Both the position numbers and the translations under genes were made by a program. The notes under the pieces were generated by a model. That model ran no database searches and was not told the DNA's origin. It worked only from the letters and a program-made list of their open reading frames with translations. Of a stretch of DNA of 64,000 nucleotides, positions 37,701-48,342 are shown in pieces (the stretch's first letter is position 1; the number at the start of each line of letters is the position of its first letter). The DNA comes from Candidatus Stahliibacteriota bacterium (GTDB lineage Bacteria; Hydrothermota; Tepidihabitantia; SM23-42). The stretch is from positions 12,518-76,517 of the forward strand of contig JAUVZL010000004.1 of assembly GCA_030602565.1 (NCBI GenBank), written 5' to 3'.

Positions 37701-38436
37701 TGAGCTTTTTACCCTCGATGCGAGTTTTGGAAATGCAATAACATATCAAATCAAGGAGATATTAAAGAAAAATGCTCATATTGGTTACGCATATCTGTTG
37801 GCTCAGCGGATATTTGTACATCAGAAAGAGTATGAAAGAGCTATCGAAGCCATCAAACGGGCTAGAGAGATGATCCCTGGAAGTGAAGAAATAACTCTTA
37901 AACAAGGTCAGATTTACTACGAGATGGGTGTTGCTGATAAGGCAATAAAGCTCTACACGGAACTTCTTGAGAAGACAAAAAACCGCAAGGCGATATATCG
38001 GTTGATAAAAAAAACACGCCGCGATTACTTCAAGAACAAGATTGCAATGATAAAGGGCGATACAGATGAGGAGAGACTGGAGCGGGCAAACCTCTACCTC
38101 CTTATGAATAAGCTATCGAAGACTAAAAAGGAGCTTGATTTCGTGCCGCAGAGTAGATTTTCGGTCAAGCACCACACATTGTTGAAGGCGAGGCTGCAAC
38201 TTAAGGACAGTCGTCCTATAAATGCCCTTGAAGTAATGAGAGACTTACCTGTGGATGAAGAAACCGCACCTGTTTATGCGGATATTTATGAAACCATGGG
38301 TTCTTATGAGGCAGCAGCACTTGTTCTGCGGGAGGCAGGTGTTGCTGATATGGAACAGAGGATTACAGGTTATGAAAGACTTGCCCAAGAGAGAAGGTTG
38401 GCAAAAGGAAAATATTTTATTGAAGGGAGGAGCTAA
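34708..38436 (+). CDS. 1242-aa all-helical TPR-repeat protein
   Basis: Repeated TPR signatures (ALGDTY, LLGVCY, LGQAL, ARGRAL, LGNLY); no signal peptide or TM segment seen. Confidence 0.8.
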   Translation: MFDIFGSKDPQKALLKAQEYVKDGRIDSAIKMLEHNLTEDKESFDLYLLLARLYFESGERGRAVETLRAVKSIAPPRIEEIVVLMSELYYQHASIDSGDFLLQLHIEQHRYDEISKTLRQLSDRELKLLITRYDKLKQSIESKNVISKRDFEHMLVLSSIRFFTHESERAIEAMESMIDVEVYAPIVLEWIRIISRENYNDWRAALLLLRTQMAAQDFDSALNTAQRTADKFADSVDSLIAIISAAKPPKEIEGTFAQFLTDLYIKKGDLDASIELLQDLLKKDTKKVDDVIKGLRELERINPKNPRIMYALGDTYVKANRISLAVAEYGKILEADTTQHEQIVKKYQDAFQKAPNNPELIDGLVKAYLSKDDIGAAVDVVETAYNSDPGLLDEYIINLNTILDQNMDNVKALNLLGVCYAHKGDHESAQLIFENLIDSQQYQYVFESTEAIVKERPDDLGYTDLCAKSMLMLGQEQKALSLLEYFLDQHPEQTALLIPTLDAIISKKPDLGPQIIPIFKQYKKEDLFLGELALARASAFTGDYNAAVVLFEKLFEDEQHKNNTKRALIEVLQQRPKVVQLLLAAARIFMKEGEVEIATKFFKTAQTVDPKAFFEIVDEFYDALKSFPKDREVRILLIDTFYNRKLWDRVIDESKHAIEVFGRDAQYFNLKLGQALVEKGNLSDAVRPLMLSLEGSQDCSGEVIKYLDKILYIDRSNVPAHFARGRALSKARRIDEAVEEYLLTVRILPARAEYVYEELQTLSSKSIANPLIVFAVGSVELVLKKHDEAIKHLLQACELDNELVKRVIPLYEKLMKAASSPLLDFSLAKVYHLADLKSSAVKYYIKAQAAEKSYLEPAISEMKKICAENPDDIESRKGLAEIYFNFNNLEDSLDLVSEVYEADKNESTWAKKFVSNILHKNPQHIPSYYFLAHVFLTEKAHKKVVEIYGKLIEIAPVEITNIIDKLVMYEEKSGELMLYLGNLYKDTGDINKALELFDELFTLDASFGNAITYQIKEILKKNAHIGYAYLLAQRIFVHQKEYERAIEAIKRAREMIPGSEEITLKQGQIYYEMGVADKAIKLYTELLEKTKNRKAIYRLIKKTRRDYFKNKIAMIKGDTDEERLERANLYLLMNKLSKTKKELDFVPQSRFSVKHHTLLKARLQLKDSRPINALEVMRDLPVDEETAPVYADIYETMGSYEAAALVLREAGVADMEQRITGYERLAQERRLAKGKYFIEGRS

Positions 38437-40613
38437 TGAAATGCCCATTTCTGGCGATAAGAAAAGATGTGTTCGATAAAGATGGGAATAAAACCGGCGA
38501 GGAAATCGAACTTCAGGAGTGTGTAAGAAATGATTGCATGATCTACGATGGTGCTACTAAATTATGTTCGCTGCTCTCTTCAAATATGAAAACTGGGGTC
38601 TTGATAGATGATCTTAAGAACGGCTTAAAAGACATAAAAGAAGAGATGTTCCAACGGTCAGAAGCGCTTGGCATAGTACTGTCGACAACGGTGCAAACAC
38701 TGCAGGAAGCTTTACTGGGACGTTTTGATATTTTGAAAAAGCAGAATGAAGTCATGGTTCTTGGTTTTGATGGATTAGTTGAGACGATAAGCAATAAATT
38801 TGAAGGCATCAAAACCAATTTTTCTGAACTCAACGAGACAACAAAAGCGCAGCGCGATGCATTAACTGAGAATTTCAAAACTTTGCGAGAAACTATCAAC
38901 AGTCAGGTAGAGAGCTTGAAGTCAAATGGCACCGCACTACAATCAATGCTCGAGGAGATAAATAGCACATACTCTCAGTTCATCATAGAAGTCAAGAACT
39001 TCAATGAGGCGTTTCTTATAAAACTAACCGAGTTCAGCGATTTCAGTTTAAAGAATGAGAAAGCCAATGAAGCGACAGTGTCAAAATTGGATATTTTGAA
39101 CGAGAATGTCGGTAAATTGGCGACTACAAATCAGGTAAGCCTGGAGACAATAAGTGGAGCGATTGAGAGGCTCGCAACAACGAATCAAGAGGTTTTGACC
39201 AAGCTAGATCAATTGGATCGTTTGGTCAACAGCACCGACGGCATCAATGATGCACTGAAAACTGAAGTTGCCGGGCTCAGAGCGGAAACTTTGAACGCAT
39301 TGAGTGGTATATCAACCAAGTTTGGTGAATTAAGCAGCACGTTTGCCGATACAATGAAACCTGGTATTGACAGCATGACCGAATTCATGAAAACCGAAGT
39401 TGTTGGGTTGAAGACCGACGTGATCAATGCGCTCACCGATCTTGCTTCGAAGTTTGATGATTTGGGTGGAGTGTTTACAGATTCTAGCAAAGTGCAGGAA
39501 CAGAGTCTTCAAGGGTTGATAACGAGTTTCGCCGGTGTTGGTGATAGCATAAAGGGCGATGTTACTGAATTGAAAGCGCATACTGCAACGATCCTTGAAG
39601 GGCTCAAGAATGATATAGGGGTTTACATCGATGGTGTGAAGTCAGAGATAAGCAATTTGAAGACCGATCAGACAGCCTCATTGAATAATGTTCAGGGTGT
39701 TATCATCCAGCTGCAGGAACTATTCAAACAGTCATCAGACAGTCTTGCGTCGATGAGCGACATGATGAAGAATTTAAACAGCAACTATATTGAATCACTC
39801 GGTAAGATTGCTGGTTTGGCAGAAGGTATGACAAAGGGCGTCGACAGGGTTGGTGAAGGAATGCATGATTCAGTAAAGGATCTTGTGAAGGAAATGAAAA
39901 CCGAGATCGGTGCACTTGAGAAGCAGTATGAGAAAACATTTGGTGATATTGCAAATCTTGCTGGCAAGTTTGATGAATTGAACATTCGGATCAGAGAGAT
40001 GACAAAAGAAGTGGAAAAGGAATTCAAAGATTCCTTTGACCGACAGGAGAAACTCTCTAACTACACCAAGACAATTCTTGAACATATGAAAGAATATTTC
40101 GTGAAGGAAGAAACGCGGTACAAAGAGGAGCAAGAAAAACGATGGAAGAAAGAAGGACTTGATCACTTTGACCGTGCTACATTGTATTATTATCGTGGTA
40201 ACTACGAACTTGCTGTAAATGAGATAAACAAAGCACTGGAGATTGAGCAGACCGCTGAGTATTTGAACCTCAAGGGTTTGCTCCTTGCCGAATTGGGTAA
40301 ATTCAATGAGTCAAAGAAGATCTACAAGAAGGCATTGGATATGGAGCCCAATATGTCTGAAATACACAACAACCTTGGCTTGCTGCATCTTCGGATGAAG
40401 AAACTGGATGATGCAGTAATCGCATTCCAACAGGCAATCAAGAAAAATGTTAACTATGCACACGCCTATGTAAATCTCGGTAAAGCTCTAATCGAAATGG
40501 AGAAGTATGACGAGGCTATTAAAGCCTATGAACATGCTATCGAAATAGATCCCTCGAACCACGAAGCCCGCGAAGCAATAAAGTTGTACAAAGAGGGCAA
40601 AATTGGCGAGTAA
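38436..40613 (+). CDS. Cys-motif + long amphipathic coiled-coil + C-terminal TPR protein
   Basis: MKCPF..EC...C.....C N-terminus; about 500 aa of helical repeats (repeated KTEVxGL); four TPRs; TAATG coupling with the upstream gene. Confidence 0.8.
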   Translation: MKCPFLAIRKDVFDKDGNKTGEEIELQECVRNDCMIYDGATKLCSLLSSNMKTGVLIDDLKNGLKDIKEEMFQRSEALGIVLSTTVQTLQEALLGRFDILKKQNEVMVLGFDGLVETISNKFEGIKTNFSELNETTKAQRDALTENFKTLRETINSQVESLKSNGTALQSMLEEINSTYSQFIIEVKNFNEAFLIKLTEFSDFSLKNEKANEATVSKLDILNENVGKLATTNQVSLETISGAIERLATTNQEVLTKLDQLDRLVNSTDGINDALKTEVAGLRAETLNALSGISTKFGELSSTFADTMKPGIDSMTEFMKTEVVGLKTDVINALTDLASKFDDLGGVFTDSSKVQEQSLQGLITSFAGVGDSIKGDVTELKAHTATILEGLKNDIGVYIDGVKSEISNLKTDQTASLNNVQGVIIQLQELFKQSSDSLASMSDMMKNLNSNYIESLGKIAGLAEGMTKGVDRVGEGMHDSVKDLVKEMKTEIGALEKQYEKTFGDIANLAGKFDELNIRIREMTKEVEKEFKDSFDRQEKLSNYTKTILEHMKEYFVKEETRYKEEQEKRWKKEGLDHFDRATLYYYRGNYELAVNEINKALEIEQTAEYLNLKGLLLAELGKFNESKKIYKKALDMEPNMSEIHNNLGLLHLRMKKLDDAVIAFQQAIKKNVNYAHAYVNLGKALIEMEKYDEAIKAYEHAIEIDPSNHEAREAIKLYKEGKIGE

Positions 40614-40634
40614 TATCGTCAAGAGGTAACAAAG

Positions 40635-41027
40635 ATGGGTATCCTTGACAAACTAAGAAAAGGCAAAAAGAGTAAATCGGTTTTAGACTCATTGATCAAG
40701 AAGAAAGAGCCGGACAAAGCTAAGGATGCAACGATTGAAAAATCAGATGACATTGAAGTTCGGGAGTTAAACCCTGTTGATGCAGAGAAGATCGCCATGC
40801 CCGAGGACATCGGTATGGAGCCCCTAGAAGAAGACGTTAAGCCTATGCGGGAATTTAGAACTGAAGGTATGCACGAATTCACTCTGGATAGTCTCGGGAA
40901 TTCACCAGGCGAAAAGTTGAAGGCAGAATGCAAAGCAAGGGTTAGTCGTCTGCTTGCTGAAGATAAGATAGATGAAGCGATCAGCGCGCTTCAAGAACTA
41001 AAACGAAAGCTCGCTGAACAAAAGTAG
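40635..41027 (+). CDS. Hypothetical charged protein
   Basis: GAGG RBS; MGILDKLRK N-terminus, acidic middle, helical C-terminus. Confidence 0.65.
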   Translation: MGILDKLRKGKKSKSVLDSLIKKKEPDKAKDATIEKSDDIEVRELNPVDAEKIAMPEDIGMEPLEEDVKPMREFRTEGMHEFTLDSLGNSPGEKLKAECKARVSRLLAEDKIDEAISALQELKRKLAEQK

Positions 41028-41035
41028 AACCTATA

Positions 41036-43675
41036 TTATTTCTTTTTCTTGAACTTCTCCTCTAATGCAGCATGGGCTGCAGACAAACGTGCAATAGGCA
41101 CCCGATAAGGCGAACAAGATACATAATCCATGCCGATCTTATGGCAGAAATGGATTGACTTTGGGTCTCCACCGTGCTCACCACAAATACCTATTTCGAG
41201 TTTGGGCTTGGTTTTCCTGCCGAGTTTAATGCCCATTTCAAGGATTTTTCCAACGCCGTCAATATCAATTGTCTTAAACGGATCATCTTTTAGAAGCCCC
41301 ATTTCAATATATTTGGGAACAAACTTTGCCACATCGTCACGAGAAAAACCAAGGGTTGTCTGCGTCATATCATTTGTACCGTATGAGAAGAAATCGGCGA
41401 ATTCGGCAACTTTGTCTGCGGTTAGTGCAGCGCGCGGGATTTCAATCATTGTACCGATCATGTACTTCAGTTTCACACCATATTTCTTCATGGTCTGCTT
41501 GGCTATTCTATCAACGATCGCTCTTTGATTGGCGAGCTCACCAGCTTCCATGACCACTGGGATCATGACCTCAGGTATCACCTTTATGCCCTTCTTAGAG
41601 ACTTCGCACGCGGCCTCAAATATCGCTTGTGCTTGCATTTCGGTTATTTCCGGATAGGTAATGCCGAGACGACATCCGCGATGTCCAAGCATAGGGTTAG
41701 ATTCGTGCAAAGAGACAACTATTGACTTGAGGTTGTCAAATGGTACGTTCAAATCATCGGCGAGTTTCCTTATTGACTCATCATCCTTAGGAAGAAACTC
41801 ATGTAAAGGTGGGTCAAGGGTTCTAATGATCACTGGCAAACCATCCATGGCTTTGAAAATACCGATGAAATCCTCACGTTGCATGGGCAGTAGTTTTGCT
41901 ACTGCTTTTCTCCTTCCTGCCTCATCCCGGGCAATGATCATCTCGCGCATCGCTGCAACACGTTCAGGTTTGAAAAACATGTGTTCAGTACGGCAGAGTC
42001 CTATGCCTTCGGCGCCATAATCGCGCGCAATCTTGGAATCTCCAGGGCGGTCCGCATTTGTTCTTACACCTAATCTTCTAAAGGAATCAGCCCATTTCAG
42101 TAATTGAATCACGTCTTTTGTCATTTCTGGTTCGATTAGTTTTACCTCACCTAAGATGACTTTTCCTTCGGTTCCATCAACGCTGATTATGTCACTTTTT
42201 CTCACCATTGTACTGCCTGCGGTGAATGTCTGGGTGGTCATATCGATATTTATTTCACCACAGCCAACAATACACGGTTTGCCCATGCCACGTGCAACAA
42301 CGGCGGCGTGTGAGGTCATGCCACCGCGTGCCGTGAGCAAACCTTTTGCTGCTTCCATGCCGTGTATGTCATCAGCAGATGTTTCGAGCCTCACCAGGAT
42401 AACCGCCTTGCCGTCCTTGGCAAGCCGAACAGCCTCTTCTGATGAGAAGACAACTTGACCAACCGCCGCACCGGGTGACGCAGGCAAGCCTTTAGCAAGG
42501 GTTTTATATTTAATTGTTGGGTCTATCATAGGGTGAAGGACCTGATCTAATTCAGTTGGTGTTACGCGCAGCACAGCCTCTTCTCTTTTTATCAGTTTCT
42601 GGGTCACCATGTCGACCGCAATCTTGATATTGGCAAGGGCGGTTCTCTTGCCAGCTCGTGTTTGGAGTATCCATAGTTTTTCTTGCTCGACTGTGAATTC
42701 AACGTCCTGAAGGTCACGGTAGTGTTTTTCTAGTTCTTTGAGTATACTGATGAGTTTATTGTAAGCAGCAGGTTGTAGCTTTTTCAGTTCAATCATCTTT
42801 CTGGGGGTTCTAATGCCGGCTACCACATCCTCACCCTGGGCATTCTGGAGAAACTCGCCATAGACTTTGTTTTCGCCGGTTGCTGGATTGCGCGTGAACA
42901 CGACACCGGTTGCAGAGTTGGTTCCCATATTGCCAAAAACCATTGACTGTACATTTATTGCAGTTCCCCAATCATCGGGTATCTTGTATATCCTGCGGTA
43001 TTCTTTTGCCCGCGGGGTGTTCCAGGAATTGAAGACTGCGCCGATCGCTCCCCACAGTTGTTCCCGGGGATCACCTGGAAACGCTTTTTTCGTTTCTATC
43101 ATGACCAGCTTTTTGAATTGTTTAACGATTTCTTTCCAATCATCACCACTAAGATCGAGGTCGGTTTTGGCACGCTTTCGTTTTTTCATTTTATCAACGA
43201 GTGCTTCGAATTTTTCTCGAGGGATCTGGAGGACAATATCTGAGTACATTTGAATAAAACGGCGATAGCAATCATAAGCGAATCGATGATCACCAGTTTT
43301 CTCGATTAATCCATTTATTGTCGAATCATTCAATCCAAGGTTGAGTATTGTATCCATCATCCCCGGCATCGAAGTACGGGCACCAGAACGTACTGAAAAG
43401 AGAAGGGGATTTTTCTTATCACCAAACCTCTTGCCGGTAAGTTTTTCTACCCTTGCAATGCCTTTTTCGACATCCTGTTTCAAAATCTTTGGGTACTTTT
43501 TCCTCTTGAGGTAGTCGATACACAATTCTGACGAAACAGTGAAACCAGGCGGTATTGGTACCCCAAGGTTTGTCATCTCTGCAAGGTTTGCGCCTTTTCC
43601 ACCGAGTACGTTTTTCATTTTTGCTGAGCCCTGTGCTTTTTTGCCACCGAAATTATAGACTAATCTTTTTGGCAT
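41036..43675 (-). CDS. ppdK: Pyruvate, phosphate dikinase
   Basis: LGGKGANLAEM, SVRSGA..SMPGMMDT, GGMTSHAAVVARG, GLCRTEHMF, GICGEHGGDP. Confidence 0.98.
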   Translation of the reverse strand: MPKRLVYNFGGKKAQGSAKMKNVLGGKGANLAEMTNLGVPIPPGFTVSSELCIDYLKRKKYPKILKQDVEKGIARVEKLTGKRFGDKKNPLLFSVRSGARTSMPGMMDTILNLGLNDSTINGLIEKTGDHRFAYDCYRRFIQMYSDIVLQIPREKFEALVDKMKKRKRAKTDLDLSGDDWKEIVKQFKKLVMIETKKAFPGDPREQLWGAIGAVFNSWNTPRAKEYRRIYKIPDDWGTAINVQSMVFGNMGTNSATGVVFTRNPATGENKVYGEFLQNAQGEDVVAGIRTPRKMIELKKLQPAAYNKLISILKELEKHYRDLQDVEFTVEQEKLWILQTRAGKRTALANIKIAVDMVTQKLIKREEAVLRVTPTELDQVLHPMIDPTIKYKTLAKGLPASPGAAVGQVVFSSEEAVRLAKDGKAVILVRLETSADDIHGMEAAKGLLTARGGMTSHAAVVARGMGKPCIVGCGEINIDMTTQTFTAGSTMVRKSDIISVDGTEGKVILGEVKLIEPEMTKDVIQLLKWADSFRRLGVRTNADRPGDSKIARDYGAEGIGLCRTEHMFFKPERVAAMREMIIARDEAGRRKAVAKLLPMQREDFIGIFKAMDGLPVIIRTLDPPLHEFLPKDDESIRKLADDLNVPFDNLKSIVVSLHESNPMLGHRGCRLGITYPEITEMQAQAIFEAACEVSKKGIKVIPEVMIPVVMEAGELANQRAIVDRIAKQTMKKYGVKLKYMIGTMIEIPRAALTADKVAEFADFFSYGTNDMTQTTLGFSRDDVAKFVPKYIEMGLLKDDPFKTIDIDGVGKILEMGIKLGRKTKPKLEIGICGEHGGDPKSIHFCHKIGMDYVSCSPYRVPIARLSAAHAALEEKFKKKK

Positions 43676-43778
43676 TTTTTAGCTCCTTTCATTTTACTCC
43701 GTAAAATTTGATTTAGATAGATGTAGGCGGATTCAGACGGATTTCCATTTTCTTCTGTATGCATCCGTTACTATTCGT

Positions 43779-45092
43779 TTAAATTCTAAGATGTTTTTTC
43801 AGAAACATCTTGAGTTTATCAACTGATTTTATTCTTAGCTCATAATTCACTTTTGCCGTGGGTTTGTTTAATGTCATCAGCTTGTGCAGGTCGACCGGCG
43901 TTGCCATTACTATTGAATCAGCCGGTACACTATTAATGCTTTTCTCGAGTTCTCTTATCTGCTTCTGTCCATAGCCCAGGGCAGGTATAAGCATACTGAT
44001 CTGTGGATATTTTACATACGCTTTTTGTATTGACCCGATAACATACGGTCTTGGATCGACAATCTTCTTGGCCCTGAATTTCTTGGCGGCAACAATACCA
44101 ATACCAAACGACATGCCACCGTGCGTGAGTGTTGGACCGTCCTCAACAACGACTACTTTGCGGTTGCGGATCAGTTCAGGTTTATCAACGATGCAAGGGG
44201 ATGTAGCTTCGAGTATAACAGCCCGCCTGTTCAATTTTCTTATATTTTCGTTGAGCAGCTTGACATCCTTGCGTGAGGCAGTATCGACCTTATTTATTAT
44301 TACAATATCAGCAAACCTGACATTCGCTTCTCCTGGATGATATACGGTTTCATCACCAACACGGAATGGATCAACGACAACGATATGCAAGTCAGATTTG
44401 TAAAACGGCAGGTCATTGTTGCCGCCATCCCAAACAATAACATCAGAGATCTTCTCGGCTTGTTTCAAGATCAGTTCATAATCAACGCCCGCAAAAATAG
44501 TGTTACCTCTTCTGACATGCGGTTCATATTCTTCACGTTCTTCGATCGTGCACTTGTGGCGATCCAAATCAGCCATCTTAGAAAACATCTGTACTGCCTG
44601 TTTTTTTAGGTCACCGTACGGCATTGGATGCCGGATTGCTGAGAACCTTACACCCTCCGCCTGCAGGATATCGCATATTAGCCTTGTCGTTTGACTTTTG
44701 CCGGCACCGGTTCTCGAAGCACAAATCGAAACAATCTTTTTCCGGGATTTTAGTACGGACGAGCTCAGACCCAATAACCAAAAGTCAGCCCCCGCGGCAA
44801 TTACTTCGGACGCCTTGTGCATTACATAATTGTGAGAAATGTCCGAGTAAGAAAAGACCACAATATCGGCTTTAAATTTCTTGATTGAATCGGTTAATTT
44901 ACTTTCTGGCAAAATAGGTATGCCACGCGGATACCTTTTTCCGGCAAGTTCTTTAGGATACTTACGCCCCGCGATATTGGGTATTTGGGTGGCGGTAAAG
45001 CAGACCACTTTAAAATCCTTATTTTTTCTGAAAAACACATTGAAATTATGGAAATCCCTTCCTGCTGCTCCCATGATAATCACCCGCCGCAT
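43779..45092 (-). CDS. P-loop protein of the cyclic 2,3-diphosphoglycerate synthetase-like family (candidate arginine synthetase ArcE type)
   Basis: MGAAGRDFHNFN, TATQIP, RTGAGKSQT, RHPMPYG, EEREEYEPH, WDGGNND, EDGPTLTHGGM. Confidence 0.8.
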   Translation of the reverse strand: MRRVIIMGAAGRDFHNFNVFFRKNKDFKVVCFTATQIPNIAGRKYPKELAGKRYPRGIPILPESKLTDSIKKFKADIVVFSYSDISHNYVMHKASEVIAAGADFWLLGLSSSVLKSRKKIVSICASRTGAGKSQTTRLICDILQAEGVRFSAIRHPMPYGDLKKQAVQMFSKMADLDRHKCTIEEREEYEPHVRRGNTIFAGVDYELILKQAEKISDVIVWDGGNNDLPFYKSDLHIVVVDPFRVGDETVYHPGEANVRFADIVIINKVDTASRKDVKLLNENIRKLNRRAVILEATSPCIVDKPELIRNRKVVVVEDGPTLTHGGMSFGIGIVAAKKFRAKKIVDPRPYVIGSIQKAYVKYPQISMLIPALGYGQKQIRELEKSINSVPADSIVMATPVDLHKLMTLNKPTAKVNYELRIKSVDKLKMFLKKHLRI

Positions 45093-45150
45093 AGAAATTC
45101 CTCCTTTCGATTATGACCTTCATTATAACCCACAAATCACTGGAAGTCAA

Positions 45151-45190
45151 TGATATTGGAGATTGTGATATTGGAGATTGAATATTGGTA
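45151..45190. repeat. Short degenerate tandem repeat
   Basis: GATATTGGAGATTG twice, plus a partial third unit. Confidence 0.5.
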
Positions 45191-45235
45191 GACATTTGAT
45201 TTCTAAAAAAACCCCATAAAAACAGCACTTTAATA

Positions 45236-45263
45236 TTGACAAAACTAAACTTTTGCGTATAAT
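45236..45263 (+). promoter_or_regulatory. Promoter of tRNA-Val
   Basis: Perfect TTGACA-N16-TATAAT. Confidence 0.85.
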
Positions 45264-45275
45264 ATAGTGTCATAA

Positions 45276-45349
45276 GGGCGAATAGCTCAGTTGGCGAGAG
45301 CGTCTGCCTTACAAGCAGAAGGTCACCCGTTCAAGTCGGGTTTCGCCCA
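45276..45349 (+). tRNA. trnV: tRNA-Val(UAC); CCA not encoded
   Basis: GGGCGAA/TTCGCCC acceptor stem, TCTGC-CTTACAA-GCAGA anticodon arm, GTTCAAG T-loop. Confidence 0.96.
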
Positions 45350-45416
45350 ATGTGCTTGTGTTTTAAAGGCAGTAATTGTAATAAAATTATGATAGAGAGA
45401 AAAAAGGAGACGGGTT

Positions 45417-45919
45417 TTGCCAAAAGGAAGACGAGGTATTAGAGGGGGGCTGAGACCCCATCTCGATGATCCGTATTTGACTAGAAAGAGTTACAAGGAG
45501 CCGACTCTTTGTCCGCGCTGCGGACTTGTTTATAGACGCCGGCGGTGGCAGAGAATTCCAGATTTTGATCCAAAACTGGCAGTCGGGCAGCATAAATGCC
45601 CGGCCTGCCGGAAAGAAGAAGATCATTATGTAATGGGGATTGTCTATATAACTGGTAATTTTTTCGCGCAGAGACGTGATCAGATTCTCAATATGTTGAG
45701 AAATGAAGAAGCTAAAGAGGTTACTCACAACCCGCTTGATAGAATCATTAATATCATTGAAAAAGATGATGAGGTTCGGGTTGAGACCACCTCGGAGAGT
45801 TTAGCAGTTCATCTGGGTAGAATGCTGTATCATTCCTATGGCGGTAGCGTGGAGTATAAATTCTCAGATGAGCAAAAGTTGGCAAGAGTCTATTGGTACA
45901 GAGAAAAGAAGGAGGAAAA

Positions 45920-45923
<4 letters not shown>
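45417..45923 (+). CDS. BCAM0308-family zinc-binding protein
   Basis: [32 protein letters not shown]; TTG start with AAGGAG RBS. Confidence 0.75.
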
Positions 45924-47853
<1,930 letters not shown>

Positions 47854-47862
47854 ATGAGACAC

Positions 47863-47956
47863 GGAGAAGGGGGGATGGGGAGTATCGGTGATATGCATAA
47901 CCAGAAAAAAACAGGTTCTTTCACCGTTTCTCCCTTTCCCCGGTTCTCCCATACTC
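47863..47956. repeat. Inverted arrays of degenerate octamers (imperfect long hairpin)
   Basis: GGAGAAGG GGGGATGG GGAGTATC GGTGA ... TCACCGTT TCTCCCTT TCCCCGGT TCTCCCAT. Confidence 0.55.
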
Positions 47957-47964
47957 AATAAGGT

Positions 47965-48282
47965 ATGCCTACTTACGAATACGAATGCACCAAGTGTAAA
48001 TATACATTTGAGGAATTTCAGAAAATCACTGACAAACCTCTGCAAAGATGTCCGAAATGCCGTAGTAAATTAAGGCGTTTGATTAGTGGAGGTGTGGGGT
48101 TGATCTTCAAAGGGAGCGGATTTTACGCAACTGACTACAAGAAACCTAACCTGCCGCAACCCCAGGAAAAAAGAAGTACCGAATTGAAAAAGTTAGACAA
48201 AAAACCAACCCCGCCTGCTAAAGTAGATTCAAAACCGTCAAAGACTGCTGACAAGAAACCTTTAGAAAACAAAAAATCTTAG
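47965..48282 (+). CDS. FmdB-family zinc ribbon protein
   Basis: MPTYEYECTKC..CPKC..RLIS..FKGSGFYATDY, with a low-complexity tail. Confidence 0.92.
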   Translation: MPTYEYECTKCKYTFEEFQKITDKPLQRCPKCRSKLRRLISGGVGLIFKGSGFYATDYKKPNLPQPQEKRSTELKKLDKKPTPPAKVDSKPSKTADKKPLENKKS

Positions 48283-48342
48283 ACTAATACTTAACCAAAT
48301 ACGTTGATTTCCAAACAGAATTGCGTATCATTGGCGTATAAG

